DNA from: Escherichia coli
GTDB lineage: Bacteria > Pseudomonadota > Gammaproteobacteria > Enterobacterales > Enterobacteriaceae
DNA length: 64,000 nt
Strand: one strand, 5' to 3'
Assembly: GCF_003018255.1 (NCBI RefSeq)
Contig: NZ_CP027440.1
The position numbers and the translations under genes were made by a program. The notes below the pieces were generated by a model. The model worked only from the letters and a program-made list of their open reading frames with translations. It searched no databases and was not told the DNA's origin. Below are positions 48,200 through 60,920 of this stretch, in pieces. Numbering within the stretch: the stretch's first letter is position 1; every line of letters starts with the position of its first letter.

Positions 48200-50113
48200 A
48201 TGATTGTTTTCTCCTCGTTACAAATTCGTCGCGGCGTGCGCGTCCTGCTGGATAATGCCACCGCCACCATCAACCCCGGGCAGAAAGTCGGCCTGGTGGG
48301 TAAAAACGGCTGTGGTAAATCTACCCTGCTGGCATTGCTGAAAAATGAAATCAGCGCCGACGGCGGCAGCTACACCTTTCCGGGAAGCTGGCAACTGGCG
48401 TGGGTGAATCAGGAAACACCAGCGCTACCGCAAGCGGCGCTGGAATATGTCATTGACGGCGACCGTGAATATCGTCAACTGGAAGCGCAGCTACACGACG
48501 CCAACGAACGTAACGACGGGCACGCCATCGCCACTATTCATGGCAAGCTGGATGCTATCGACGCATGGAGTATTCGCTCCCGTGCCGCCAGCCTGCTGCA
48601 CGGCCTCGGTTTCAGCAATGAACAACTGGAGCGCCCGGTAAGTGATTTCTCCGGTGGCTGGCGTATGCGTCTTAACCTTGCCCAGGCGCTGATTTGCCGT
48701 TCAGACTTGCTGCTGCTCGATGAACCGACTAACCACCTCGATCTCGATGCCGTTATCTGGCTGGAAAAATGGCTGAAGAGCTATCAGGGCACGCTGATCC
48801 TGATCTCTCACGACCGCGACTTCCTCGATCCGATCGTTGATAAAATTATTCATATCGAACAACAAAGCATGTTCGAGTACACCGGCAACTACAGTTCGTT
48901 TGAAGTACAGCGCGCCACCCGTCTGGCGCAGCAACAAGCGATGTATGAAAGCCAGCAGGAACGCGTGGCGCATCTGCAAAGTTATATCGACCGTTTCCGT
49001 GCCAAAGCCACCAAAGCGAAGCAGGCCCAGAGCCGTATTAAGATGCTGGAGCGTATGGAGCTGATTGCCCCGGCGCACGTCGACAACCCGTTCCGCTTTA
49101 GCTTCCGCGCGCCGGAAAGCCTGCCTAATCCGTTATTAAAGATGGAAAAAGTCAGCGCAGGCTATGGTGATCGCATTATTCTCGACTCGATTAAACTGAA
49201 TCTGGTCCCCGGCTCGCGCATTGGTCTGCTAGGCCGTAACGGCGCGGGTAAATCGACATTAATCAAACTGTTAGCCGGCGAACTTGCGCCAGTCAGCGGT
49301 GAAATTGGTCTGGCGAAAGGGATCAAGCTCGGCTACTTCGCCCAGCATCAACTGGAATACCTGCGCGCCGACGAATCGCCTATTCAACATCTGGCACGTT
49401 TAGCGCCGCAGGAGCTGGAGCAAAAACTGCGTGACTACCTCGGCGGCTTTGGTTTCCAGGGCGATAAAGTAACCGAAGAAACACGCCGCTTCTCCGGTGG
49501 GGAAAAAGCCCGCCTGGTGCTGGCATTAATTGTCTGGCAGCGTCCGAATCTGCTGCTGCTCGACGAACCGACCAACCACCTTGACCTCGACATGCGTCAG
49601 GCACTCACCGAAGCATTAATCGAGTTCGAAGGTGCGCTGGTTGTCGTCTCGCACGACCGTCATTTGCTGCGTTCCACCACTGACGATCTCTACCTGGTTC
49701 ACGATCGTAAAGTCGAACCGTTCGACGGCGATCTGGAAGATTATCAACAGTGGTTGAGCGACGTACAAAAGCAGGAAAACCAGACCGACGAAGCGCCAAA
49801 AGAGAACGCGAACAGCGCCCAGGCACGTAAAGATCAGAAGCGTCGGGAAGCGGAGCTGCGTGCGCAAACCCAGCCACTGCGTAAAGAGATTGCCCGTCTG
49901 GAAAAAGAGATGGAGAAGCTGAACGCGCAACTGGCGCAGGCGGAAGAGAAACTCGGCGACAGCGAACTGTATGACCAGAGCCGTAAAGCGGAGTTGACCG
50001 CCTGCCTGCAACAGCAAGCCAGCGCCAAATCCGGCCTGGAAGAGTGCGAAATGGCGTGGCTGGAAGCCCAGGAGCAGCTTGAGCAGATGCTGCTGGAAGG
50101 GCAAAGCAACTGA
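48200..50113 (+). CDS. yheS: ABC-F family ATPase YheS (two ABC domains, no TM domain)
   Basis: ORF track 637 aa; two Walker A motifs (GKNGCGKST, GRNGAGKST), two LSGG signatures, C-terminal coiled-coil. Confidence 0.93.
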   Translation: MIVFSSLQIRRGVRVLLDNATATINPGQKVGLVGKNGCGKSTLLALLKNEISADGGSYTFPGSWQLAWVNQETPALPQAALEYVIDGDREYRQLEAQLHDANERNDGHAIATIHGKLDAIDAWSIRSRAASLLHGLGFSNEQLERPVSDFSGGWRMRLNLAQALICRSDLLLLDEPTNHLDLDAVIWLEKWLKSYQGTLILISHDRDFLDPIVDKIIHIEQQSMFEYTGNYSSFEVQRATRLAQQQAMYESQQERVAHLQSYIDRFRAKATKAKQAQSRIKMLERMELIAPAHVDNPFRFSFRAPESLPNPLLKMEKVSAGYGDRIILDSIKLNLVPGSRIGLLGRNGAGKSTLIKLLAGELAPVSGEIGLAKGIKLGYFAQHQLEYLRADESPIQHLARLAPQELEQKLRDYLGGFGFQGDKVTEETRRFSGGEKARLVLALIVWQRPNLLLLDEPTNHLDLDMRQALTEALIEFEGALVVVSHDRHLLRSTTDDLYLVHDRKVEPFDGDLEDYQQWLSDVQKQENQTDEAPKENANSAQARKDQKRREAELRAQTQPLRKEIARLEKEMEKLNAQLAQAEEKLGDSELYDQSRKAELTACLQQQASAKSGLEECEMAWLEAQEQLEQMLLEGQSN

Positions 50114-51135
50114 TGGCGCAGATAACGACGACCGATGCCAATGAATTCAGCAGCAGTGCTGAATTCACCCCTATGCGCGGCTTTAGCAATTGTCATCTAC
50201 AAACCATGCTGCCGCGTCTGTTTCGTCGCAAGGTGAAATTCACCCCGCACTGGCAGCGACTGGAGTTGCCCGACGGCGATTTTGTCGATCTCGCATGGAG
50301 TGAAGACCCTGCCCAGGCGAACCATAAACCGCGTTTAGTGGTGTTTCACGGGCTGGAGGGCAGCCTCAATAGCCCTTACGCCCACGGTCTGGTCGAGGCG
50401 GCGCAAAAACGCGGCTGGCTGGGCGTGGTGATGCATTTTCGCGGATGCAGCGGTGAACCAAACCGTATGCACCGCATTTACCATTCGGGCGAAACCGAAG
50501 ACGCCAGCTGGTTTTTACGCTGGCTGCAGCGCGAATTTGGACATGCGCCAACGGCTGCCGTCGGCTATTCGCTCGGCGGTAATATGCTCGCCTGTTTGCT
50601 GGCAAAAGAAGGTAATAACCTCCCGATTGATGCAGCGGTAATTGTCTCCGCGCCATTTATGCTGGAAGCCTGTAGTTATCATATGGAAAAGGGCTTTTCC
50701 CGCGTTTATCAGCGTTACTTGCTGAACCTGTTAAAAGCCAATGCCGCGCGCAAGCTGGCAGCCTACCCCGGAACACTGCCGATTAATCTCGCGCAGTTAA
50801 AATCGGTACGTCGCATCCGTGAATTTGACGATCTGATCACCGCCAGAATTCACGGCTACGCTGACGCTATCGACTATTATCGTCAGTGTAGCGCCATGCC
50901 GATGCTGAACCGGATCGCCAAACCGACGCTGATTATTCACGCCAAAGACGATCCGTTTATGGATCATCAGGTGATCCCGAAACCGGAAAGTCTCCCCCCG
51001 CAGGTGGAGTATCAACTGACTGAACATGGCGGTCATGTTGGCTTTATTGGCGGTACATTACTTCATCCGCAAATGTGGCTGGAGTCACGCATTCCTGACT
51101 GGTTAACAACGTATCTGGAGGCGAAATCATGTTGA
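50113..51135 (+). CDS. yheT: Alpha/beta-hydrolase-fold protein YheT
   Basis: ORF track 340 aa; nucleophile elbow GYSLGG. Confidence 0.88.
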   Translation: MAQITTTDANEFSSSAEFTPMRGFSNCHLQTMLPRLFRRKVKFTPHWQRLELPDGDFVDLAWSEDPAQANHKPRLVVFHGLEGSLNSPYAHGLVEAAQKRGWLGVVMHFRGCSGEPNRMHRIYHSGETEDASWFLRWLQREFGHAPTAAVGYSLGGNMLACLLAKEGNNLPIDAAVIVSAPFMLEACSYHMEKGFSRVYQRYLLNLLKANAARKLAAYPGTLPINLAQLKSVRRIREFDDLITARIHGYADAIDYYRQCSAMPMLNRIAKPTLIIHAKDDPFMDHQVIPKPESLPPQVEYQLTEHGGHVGFIGGTLLHPQMWLESRIPDWLTTYLEAKSC

Positions 51136-51347
51136 TTCCGTGGCAAGACCTCTCCCCCGAAACGCTGGAAAATTTAATTGAAAGCTTTGTGTTACGTGAA
51201 GGCACCGATTATGGTGAACATGAGCGTACACTTGAACAGAAAGTCGCCGACGTCAAACGCCAGCTACAGTGCGGAGAAGCGGTGCTGGTATGGTCGGAGC
51301 TGCACGAAACGGTCAATATCATGCCGCGCGGTCAGTTTCGCGAATAA
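51129..51347 (+). CDS. yheU: Uncharacterised protein YheU
   Basis: ORF track 72 aa; 7-nt overlap with yheT. Confidence 0.8.
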   Translation: MLIPWQDLSPETLENLIESFVLREGTDYGEHERTLEQKVADVKRQLQCGEAVLVWSELHETVNIMPRGQFRE

Positions 51348-51400
51348 CCTGCAACCGTCGGCGGACGAGATAATAATGATAGCTAAGTCATGGAGTTACT

Positions 51401-52270
51401 ATGTCTGCCAAACATCCGGTCATTGCGGTAACAGGATCCAGCGGCGCGGGGACCACCACCACCAGCCTCGCGTTTCGTAAAATATTCGCGCAGTTAAATC
51501 TGCATGCAGCCGAGGTGGAAGGCGATAGTTTTCACCGTTACACCCGCCCGGAAATGGACATGGCGATCCGCAAAGCGCGCGACGCCGGGCGGCATATCAG
51601 CTACTTCGGCCCCGAAGCGAACGACTTTGGCCTGCTGGAACAAACCTTCATTGAATATGGTCAGAGCGGCAAAGGGAAATCTCGCAAATATCTGCATACG
51701 TACGACGAAGCCGTACCGTGGAATCAGGTGCCGGGAACATTCACCCCATGGCAACCTTTACCGGAACCCACTGATGTACTGTTTTATGAAGGGCTACACG
51801 GCGGCGTAGTCACGCCACAGCATAACGTTGCGCAGCATGTGGACTTACTGGTCGGCGTGGTGCCTATCGTTAACCTTGAGTGGATTCAAAAACTGATCCG
51901 CGACACCAGCGAGCGCGGGCACTCACGAGAAGCCGTGATGGACTCGGTAGTGCGTTCAATGGAAGACTATATCAACTACATCACACCGCAGTTTTCCCGC
52001 ACCCATCTTAACTTCCAGCGCGTTCCCACCGTCGACACTTCAAACCCGTTCGCGGCAAAAGGTATCCCGTCGCTGGATGAAAGCTTTGTGGTGATCCATT
52101 TTCGTAATCTGGAAGGGATCGATTTCCCCTGGCTGCTGGCGATGTTGCAAGGCTCATTCATTTCCCACATCAATACGTTAGTGGTGCCCGGCGGCAAAAT
52201 GGGTCTGGCAATGGAATTAATTATGCTGCCGCTGGTGCAACGATTGATGGAAGGAAAGAAAATCGAGTAA
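51401..52270 (+). CDS. prkB: Phosphoribulokinase homologue
   Basis: ORF track 289 aa; P-loop-like GSSGAGTTT near the N-terminus. Confidence 0.9.
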   Translation: MSAKHPVIAVTGSSGAGTTTTSLAFRKIFAQLNLHAAEVEGDSFHRYTRPEMDMAIRKARDAGRHISYFGPEANDFGLLEQTFIEYGQSGKGKSRKYLHTYDEAVPWNQVPGTFTPWQPLPEPTDVLFYEGLHGGVVTPQHNVAQHVDLLVGVVPIVNLEWIQKLIRDTSERGHSREAVMDSVVRSMEDYINYITPQFSRTHLNFQRVPTVDTSNPFAAKGIPSLDESFVVIHFRNLEGIDFPWLLAMLQGSFISHINTLVVPGGKMGLAMELIMLPLVQRLMEGKKIE

Positions 52271-52282
52271 CTTTGCTATTAC

Positions 52283-52304
52283 GCCGGATAAAATACTATC
52301 CGGC
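52283..52304. terminator. Inverted repeat between convergent prkB and yhfA (likely bidirectional terminator)
   Basis: gccggata-aaatac-tatccggc read in sequence. Confidence 0.5.
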
Positions 52305-52324
52305 TTCACAACGGGATAGTTAAA

Positions 52325-52729
52325 TCACGCGGCAACCACTTCATATGAGTGAGTAATATTCACCGCTTTTTCCAGCATCAACGCCACTGAACAATATTTC
52401 TCCGCAGAGAGATCAACCGCACGCGCAACCGCTGCGTCTTTCAGGTCGCGACCGGTGACGATAAAATGCAGATTAATGTGCGTAAACAGGCGTGGTGCCT
52501 CTTCGCGGCGTTCAGAGGTCAATTTTACTTCACAATCGACCACATCCTGACGCCCTTTTTGCAGAATAGAAACCACATCGATGGCACTGCAACCACCCGC
52601 CGCCATCAACACCATTTCCATCGGACTTGGTGCTTTATCGCCTGAGTTGCCGTCCATTAAAATCTGGTGACCAGAGGCGGATTCGCCCAGAAAAGTTAAC
52701 CCTTCGACCCACTTCACTCGCGCTTGCAT
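52325..52729 (-). CDS. yhfA: OsmC-family protein YhfA
   Basis: ORF track 134 aa. Confidence 0.88.
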   Translation of the reverse strand: MQARVKWVEGLTFLGESASGHQILMDGNSGDKAPSPMEMVLMAAGGCSAIDVVSILQKGRQDVVDCEVKLTSERREEAPRLFTHINLHFIVTGRDLKDAAVARAVDLSAEKYCSVALMLEKAVNITHSYEVVAA

Positions 52730-53030
52730 TTTTGCTACTCCACTGCGTCAATTTTCCTGACAGAGTACGCGTACTAACCAAATCGCGCAACGGAAGGCGA
52801 CCTGGGTCATGCTGAAGCGAGACACCAGGAGACACAAAGCGAAAGCTATGCTAAAACAGTCAGGATGCTACAGTAATACATTGATGTACTGCATGTATGC
52901 AAAGGACGTCACATTACCGTGCAGTACAGTTGATAGCCCCTTCCCAGGTAGCGGGAAGCATATTTCGGCAATCCAGAGACAGCGGCGTTATCTGGCTCTG
53001 GAGAAAGCTTATAACAGAGGATAACCGCGC

Positions 53031-53663
53031 ATGGTGCTTGGCAAACCGCAAACAGACCCGACTCTCGAATGGTTCTTGTCTCATTGCCACATTCATAAGT
53101 ACCCATCCAAGAGCACGCTTATTCACCAGGGTGAAAAAGCGGAAACGCTGTACTACATCGTTAAAGGCTCTGTGGCAGTGCTGATCAAAGACGAAGAGGG
53201 TAAAGAAATGATCCTCTCCTATCTGAATCAGGGTGATTTTATTGGCGAACTGGGCCTGTTTGAAGAGGGCCAGGAACGTAGCGCATGGGTACGTGCGAAA
53301 ACCGCCTGTGAAGTGGCTGAAATTTCGTACAAAAAATTTCGCCAATTGATTCAGGTAAACCCGGACATTCTGATGCGTCTGTCTGCACAGATGGCGCGTC
53401 GTCTGCAAGTCACTTCAGAGAAAGTGGGCAACCTGGCGTTCCTCGACGTGACGGGCCGCATTGCACAGACTCTGCTGAATCTGGCAAAACAACCGGATGC
53501 TATGACTCACCCGGACGGTATGCAAATCAAAATTACCCGTCAGGAAATCGGTCAGATTGTCGGCTGTTCTCGTGAAACAGTGGGGCGCATTCTGAAGATG
53601 CTGGAAGATCAGAACCTGATCTCCGCACACGGTAAAACCATCGTCGTTTACGGCACTCGTTAA
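53031..53663 (+). CDS. crp: cAMP receptor protein
   Basis: ORF track 210 aa; unmistakable CRP sequence with C-terminal HTH ([20 protein letters not shown]). Confidence 0.99.
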
Positions 53664-53674
53664 TCCTGTCAGAG

Positions 53675-53707
53675 TGGCGCGTTACTGAGTAGCGCGCCAT
53701 TTTGTTT
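53675..53707 (+). terminator. Rho-independent terminator after crp
   Basis: Hairpin tggcgcg-ttactgagta-gcgcgcca followed by ttttgttt. Confidence 0.8.
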
Positions 53708-53713
53708 CCCCCG

Positions 53714-55804
53714 ATGTGGCGCAGACTGATTTATCACCCCGATATCAACTATGCACTTCGACAAACGCTGGTGCTATGTTTGCCCGTGGCCGTTGGGTTA
53801 ATGCTTGGCGAATTACGATTCGGCCTGCTCTTCTCCCTCGTTCCTGCCTGTTGCAATATTGCGGGCCTTGATACGCCTCATAAACGTTTTTTCAAACGCT
53901 TAATCATTGGTGCGTCGCTGTTTGCCACCTGTAGCTTGCTGACACAGCTACTACTGGCAAAAGATGTTCCTCTGCCCTTTTTGCTGACCGGATTAACGCT
54001 GGTACTTGGCGTCACTGCTGAGCTGGGGCCATTGCACGCAAAATTGCTTCCCGCATCGCTGCTCGCCGCCATTTTTACCCTCAGTCTGGCGGGATACATG
54101 CCGGTCTGGGAACCGTTGCTCATCTATGCGCTGGGCACTTTGTGGTACGGATTGTTTAACTGGTTTTGGTTCTGGATCTGGCGCGAACAACCGCTACGCG
54201 AGTCACTAAGTCTGCTGTACCGTGAACTGGCAGATTACTGTGAAGCCAAATACAGCCTGCTTACCCAGCACACCGACCCTGAAAAAGCGCTGCCGCCGCT
54301 GCTGGTGCGCCAGCAAAAAGCGGTCGATTTAATTACCCAGTGCTATCAGCAAATGCATATGCTTTCCGCGCAAAATAATACCGATTACAAGCGGATGCTG
54401 CGTATTTTCCAGGAGGCGCTGGATTTGCAGGAACATATTTCGGTCAGTTTGCATCAGCCGGAAGAGGTGCAAAAGCTGGTCGAGCGTAGCCATGCGGAAG
54501 AAGTTATCCGCTGGAATGCGCAAACCGTCGCCGCTCGCCTGCGCGTGCTGGCTGATGACATTCTTTACCATCGCCTGCCAACGCGTTTTACGATGGAAAA
54601 GCAAATTGGCGCACTGGAAAAAATCGCCCGCCAACACCCGGATAATCCGGTTGGGCAATTCTGCTACTGGCATTTCAGCCGCATTGCCCGCGTGCTGCGC
54701 ACCCAAAAACCGCTCTATGCCCGTGACTTACTGGCCGATAAACAGCGGCGAATGCCGTTACTTCCGGCGCTGAAAAGTTATCTGTCACTAAAGTCTCCGG
54801 CGCTACGCAATGCCGGACGACTCAGTGTGATGTTAAGCGTTGCCAGCCTGATGGGCACCGCACTGCATCTGCCGAAGTCGTACTGGATCCTGATGACGGT
54901 ATTGCTGGTGACGCAAAATGGCTATGGCGCAACCCGTCTGAGGATTGTGAATCGCTCCGTGGGAACCGTGGTCGGGTTAATCATTGCGGGCGTGGCGCTG
55001 CACTTTAAAATTCCCGAAGGTTACACCCTGACCTTGATGCTGATTACCACCCTCGCCAGCTACCTGATATTGCGCAAAAACTACGGCTGGGCGACGGTCG
55101 GTTTTACCATTACCGCAGTGTATACCCTGCAACTGTTGTGGCTGAACGGTGAGCAGTACATCCTTCCACGTCTTATCGATACCATTATTGGTTGTTTAAT
55201 TGCTTTCGGCGGTACTGTCTGGCTGTGGCCGCAGTGGCAGAGCGGGTTATTGCGTAAGAACGCCCATGACGCTTTAGAAGCCTATCAGGACGCGATTCGC
55301 TTGATTCTGAGCGAGGACCCGCAACCAACGCCACTGGCCTGGCAGCGAATGCGGGTGAATCAGGCGCATAACACTCTGTATAACTCATTGAATCAGGCGA
55401 TGCAGGAACCGGCATTCAACAGCCATTATCTGGCAGATATGAAACTGTGGGTAACGCACAGTCAGTTTATAGTTGAACATATCAATGCCATGACCACGCT
55501 GGCACGGGAACACCGGGCATTGCCACCTGAACTGGCGCAAGAATATTTACAGTCTTGTGAAATCGCCATTCAGCGTTGTCAGCAGCGACTGGAGTATGAC
55601 GAACCGGGTAGTTCTGGCGATGCCAATATCATGGATGCGCCGGAGATGCAGCCGCACGAAGGCGCGGCAGGTACGCTGGAGCAGCATTTACAGCGGGTTA
55701 TTGGTCATCTGAACACCATGCACACCATTTCGTCGATGGCATGGCGTCAGCGACCGCATCACGGGATTTGGCTGAGTCGCAAGTTGCGGGATTCGAAGGC
55801 GTAA
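53714..55804 (+). CDS. yhfK: Large inner-membrane protein YhfK (FUSC-like)
   Basis: ORF track 53702..55804 starts at a TTG inside the crp terminator T-run; ATG 53714 (MWRRLIYHP...) preferred. Confidence 0.85.
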   Translation: MWRRLIYHPDINYALRQTLVLCLPVAVGLMLGELRFGLLFSLVPACCNIAGLDTPHKRFFKRLIIGASLFATCSLLTQLLLAKDVPLPFLLTGLTLVLGVTAELGPLHAKLLPASLLAAIFTLSLAGYMPVWEPLLIYALGTLWYGLFNWFWFWIWREQPLRESLSLLYRELADYCEAKYSLLTQHTDPEKALPPLLVRQQKAVDLITQCYQQMHMLSAQNNTDYKRMLRIFQEALDLQEHISVSLHQPEEVQKLVERSHAEEVIRWNAQTVAARLRVLADDILYHRLPTRFTMEKQIGALEKIARQHPDNPVGQFCYWHFSRIARVLRTQKPLYARDLLADKQRRMPLLPALKSYLSLKSPALRNAGRLSVMLSVASLMGTALHLPKSYWILMTVLLVTQNGYGATRLRIVNRSVGTVVGLIIAGVALHFKIPEGYTLTLMLITTLASYLILRKNYGWATVGFTITAVYTLQLLWLNGEQYILPRLIDTIIGCLIAFGGTVWLWPQWQSGLLRKNAHDALEAYQDAIRLILSEDPQPTPLAWQRMRVNQAHNTLYNSLNQAMQEPAFNSHYLADMKLWVTHSQFIVEHINAMTTLAREHRALPPELAQEYLQSCEIAIQRCQQRLEYDEPGSSGDANIMDAPEMQPHEGAAGTLEQHLQRVIGHLNTMHTISSMAWRQRPHHGIWLSRKLRDSKA

Positions 55805-55817
55805 TGCAGGCTAAACC

Positions 55818-55847
55818 ATCGGATACAGCGTTCACGCCGCATCCGAC
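55818..55847. repeat. REP (repetitive extragenic palindromic) element
   Basis: Reverse complement gtcggatgcggcgtgaacgctgtatccgat is a close match to the REP consensus GCCGGATGCGGCGTGAACGCCTTATCCGGC; lies between convergent yhfK and argD. Confidence 0.75.
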
Positions 55848-55866
55848 ATCTTTGGCCTGATGCGTC

Positions 55867-57105
<1,239 letters not shown>

Positions 57106-57175
57106 TTACGCATAAACCAATGTGAAATTATAATCACAAAATATGCATAAAAAATCACTTAATAGCAATCAGAAA

Positions 57176-57739
57176 TCAGCGATGCAGGAAATTAGCCAGC
57201 AGTTGATGTCCTTGTTCGCTGAGAATACTTTCTGGATGGAACTGCACGCCTTCCAGATCCCACTGGCGATGGCGAATCCCCATAATCTCGCGGGTTTCGC
57301 TCCAGGCCGTCACTTCAAAGCACGCTGGTAATGAGTCAGGTTCCACCACCAGCGAATGGTAGCGTGTCACGGTAAGTGGATTTGCCAGCCCCCGAAATAC
57401 GCCCACACCGTTATGTATAATCGGCGAGGTTTTGCCGTGCATGACCTTTGCGGCGCGCACAACTTTGCCGCCAAATGCCTGCGCCATTGCCTGATGACCG
57501 AGGCAGACGCCAAGAATCGGCAAGCACCCGGCATAGTTGCGAATAACGTCAAGGGAGATCCCGGCTTCATCTGGCGTACAGGGTCCGGGTGAGATGACAA
57601 TTTTTTGTGGTTTAAGGGCGTCGATATCCGCCAGCGTCAACGCATCGTTGCGCTTAACCAGCACATCCGCCCCCAGTTCACAAAAGTACTGGTAGAGGTT
57701 CCAGGTAAAAGAATCGTAGTTATCAATAAGCAGGATCAT
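57176..57739 (-). CDS. pabA: Aminodeoxychorismate synthase glutamine amidotransferase subunit
   Basis: ORF track 187 aa; class-I GATase with catalytic Cys in GVCLGHQ. Confidence 0.95.
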   Translation of the reverse strand: MILLIDNYDSFTWNLYQYFCELGADVLVKRNDALTLADIDALKPQKIVISPGPCTPDEAGISLDVIRNYAGCLPILGVCLGHQAMAQAFGGKVVRAAKVMHGKTSPIIHNGVGVFRGLANPLTVTRYHSLVVEPDSLPACFEVTAWSETREIMGIRHRQWDLEGVQFHPESILSEQGHQLLANFLHR

Positions 57740-57770
57740 GGCGGCTCCGGTACGAAAGAACCGCGCTATT

Positions 57771-58373
57771 TTACTCAGATTCCCCGGCTTCGCTTACCAC
57801 TTTGCTAAATATCATCTGCAGCGCGGTGAGATCCCCCATTGCCCCACTCTGATTTGCCTGATTCCAGGCCTCTTTTTCGATACCCTGCCAGCTCAGTTGG
57901 TAGCCCGCATGAATCGCCAGCTGCTCGAAGAAGATCCGCTGTGCCAGTCCGCTTCCCACACGGAAGGGATGCAGCACGTTGATTTCACAATAGTAATGCG
58001 CCAGCCGCTCGACGAACTTCGCTTTCTCCAGGCCAACCAGATAACCTTCTTCCTCCAGATCCTGCATCAGGGCATTGCCCTCTTTTTCGATATAAGCAAA
58101 GTGGCAGAACGGCGTATCACCCTGATAAATATCAACTTCACGCAGTTGCCCCGCCCAGTCGAAAATATCCTGATACAGCTGGCGATGGATAGTGCGCAAA
58201 TGCGGTAAACCGCGCACCAGCGGACCAAGCTCAATGGTCGCAGCACGTAGCGCCGTCATTTCGTAAGCGGCCTGTTCCAGCCGCTGTTGCTGGCGGATGT
58301 TCAGCCGGTTACGCATGATATCAAGGCCAGGATAAAGATACGGATCGCGCCCTTCGCCGAATTTATCGCTCAT
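57771..58373 (-). CDS. fic: Fic-domain protein
   Basis: ORF track 200 aa; FIC motif region reads [12 protein letters not shown]. Confidence 0.93.
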   Translation of the reverse strand: MSDKFGEGRDPYLYPGLDIMRNRLNIRQQQRLEQAAYEMTALRAATIELGPLVRGLPHLRTIHRQLYQDIFDWAGQLREVDIYQGDTPFCHFAYIEKEGNALMQDLEEEGYLVGLEKAKFVERLAHYYCEINVLHPFRVGSGLAQRIFFEQLAIHAGYQLSWQGIEKEAWNQANQSGAMGDLTALQMIFSKVVSEAGESE

Positions 58374-58530
58374 AGTGCCTCCTCAGCTCTTCAAGGCGCG
58401 CTAAAGCCTCTGCGGCAGTAAGAGTGACTAAAGGCATCTCGACGCCTTCAAGACGGCGACTGGCCTGGAAATTACGATTACGCTGAAGCTCCCAGAGACG
58501 GGACTTTTGCTTATCGGTGAGTTTCTTCAC
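58363..58530 (-). CDS. yhfG: Small protein YhfG (putative Fic-inhibitory antitoxin-like partner)
   Basis: 55-codon minus ORF below track cut-off, read by hand ([55 protein letters not shown]); GTG start with GGGAGG SD 7 nt upstream; stop overlaps fic start. Confidence 0.8.
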   Translation of the reverse strand: MKKLTDKQKSRLWELQRNRNFQASRRLEGVEMPLVTLTAAEALARLEELRRHYER

Positions 58531-58634
58531 TTGATGCCTCCCTGAACGTGTCCATTTGCCACAAGTATAAGCGGCAAATCCGGGTTACGCCGGGAGAGCA
58601 GAAGCGCGGGCAAGATTGCCCGCGCGAGAAATCA

Positions 58635-59216
<582 letters not shown>

Positions 59217-59477
59217 TTAACAAACAGAGCAGAAAAAAAGCAAGTGAAGAGATTCTAAATAGCCTTCAAGAACAAGGCCATCCCTTTACCTAATTTTACG
59301 TATCTGAAATATATGTAACCTGACGATCACTTTTTATTCTGTGATCAAAATCACCTCTTAAAATGCAATTTAGCAACCGATTGCAATAAAACATTTAATC
59401 AGATCACAAAATCACCTAAAATCGCCCGCTCGCGGCATAGCCCGCTATGCCATTTTATTTTTGAACGCAGGCCAATC

Positions 59478-60659
59478 ATGACTAACAGCAATCGCATCAA
59501 GCTCACATGGATTAGCTTTCTCTCCTACGCACTGACTGGTGCGTTGGTTATTGTCACCGGGATGGTGATGGGAAATATCGCCGATTATTTCAATCTGCCT
59601 GTTTCCAGTATGAGTAACACCTTCACCTTCCTCAACGCCGGCATTTTAATCTCTATCTTCCTCAACGCCTGGCTGATGGAAATCGTCCCGTTGAAAACGC
59701 AGTTACGTTTTGGCTTTCTCCTGATGGTGCTGGCGGTTGCCGGTTTGATGTTCAGCCACAGCCTGGCGCTGTTCTCGGCGGCGATGTTCATTCTCGGAGT
59801 GGTCAGCGGCATCACCATGTCGATTGGTACATTCCTGATAACACAAATGTATGAAGGGCGTCAGCGCGGTTCCCGCCTGTTATTTACCGACTCCTTCTTC
59901 AGTATGGCCGGGATGATTTTCCCAATGATCGCCGCGTTTCTACTGGCGCGCAGCATTGAGTGGTACTGGGTTTATGCCTGCATCGGGTTGGTGTATGTCG
60001 CTATTTTTATTCTGACCTTCGGCTGTGAGTTCCCGGCGCTGGGCAAACATGCGCCAAAAACGGATGCTCCGGTAGAGAAAGAAAAGTGGGGGATCGGCGT
60101 GCTGTTTCTCTCCATTGCGGCACTGTGCTACATCCTCGGTCAGTTAGGTTTTATCTCCTGGGTGCCGGAGTATGCCAAAGGCCTGGGCATGAGCCTGAAC
60201 GACGCGGGCACGCTGGTGAGTAACTTCTGGATGTCATATATGGTCGGCATGTGGGCGTTCAGCTTTATTCTTCGCTTCTTTGATTTGCAACGTATTCTGA
60301 CCGTACTGGCTGGTCTGGCTGCGATTCTGATGTACGTCTTTAACACCGGAACACCAGCACATATGGCGTGGTCAATTCTCGCTCTGGGCTTCTTCTCCAG
60401 CGCGATCTATACCACCATCATCACCCTGGGTTCACAGCAAACCAAAGTACCGTCGCCAAAACTGGTTAACTTTGTCCTGACCTGCGGGACCATCGGTACT
60501 ATGTTGACCTTTGTGGTTACCGGCCCGATTGTTGAACATAGCGGTCCGCAGGCGGCACTGCTTACAGCAAACGGTCTGTACGCTGTCGTCTTTGTGATGT
60601 GCTTCCTGTTAGGTTTCGTCAGCCGTCACCGTCAGCATAACACCCTGACCTCTCATTAA
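59478..60659 (+). CDS. tsgA: MFS-type transporter TsgA
   Basis: ORF track 393 aa; 12-TM hydrophobic profile. Confidence 0.9.
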   Translation: MTNSNRIKLTWISFLSYALTGALVIVTGMVMGNIADYFNLPVSSMSNTFTFLNAGILISIFLNAWLMEIVPLKTQLRFGFLLMVLAVAGLMFSHSLALFSAAMFILGVVSGITMSIGTFLITQMYEGRQRGSRLLFTDSFFSMAGMIFPMIAAFLLARSIEWYWVYACIGLVYVAIFILTFGCEFPALGKHAPKTDAPVEKEKWGIGVLFLSIAALCYILGQLGFISWVPEYAKGLGMSLNDAGTLVSNFWMSYMVGMWAFSFILRFFDLQRILTVLAGLAAILMYVFNTGTPAHMAWSILALGFFSSAIYTTIITLGSQQTKVPSPKLVNFVLTCGTIGTMLTFVVTGPIVEHSGPQAALLTANGLYAVVFVMCFLLGFVSRHRQHNTLTSH

Positions 60660-60848
60660 TTGCTCATGCCGGGCGGCGCTATCGTCGTCCGGCCTTTTCC
60701 TCTCTTACCCTGCTACGTGCATCTATTTCTATAAACCCGTTCAATTTGTCTGTTTTTTGCACAAACATGAAATGTCAGACAATTCCGTGACTTAAGAAAA
60801 TTTATACAAATCAGCAATATACCCCTTAAGGAGTATATAAAGGTGAAT

Positions 60849-60862
60849 TTGATTTACATCAA
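60849..60862 (+). promoter_or_regulatory. FNR-binding site of the nirB promoter
   Basis: Perfect TTGAT-TTAC-ATCAA palindrome read in sequence about 60 nt upstream of nirB ATG. Confidence 0.85.
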
Positions 60863-60920
60863 TAAGCGGGGTTGCTGAATCGTTAAGGTAGGCGGTAATA
60901 GAAAAGAAATCGAGGCAAAA

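Noticed and set aside
47157-50196. ORFs of 120-194 aa antisense to kefB and yheS
   Set aside because: GC-rich antisense frames without start signals, fully nested within well-supported genes.
53702-53713. TTG start for yhfK in the ORF track
   Set aside because: It falls within the T-run of the crp terminator; the ATG at 53714 is preferred.
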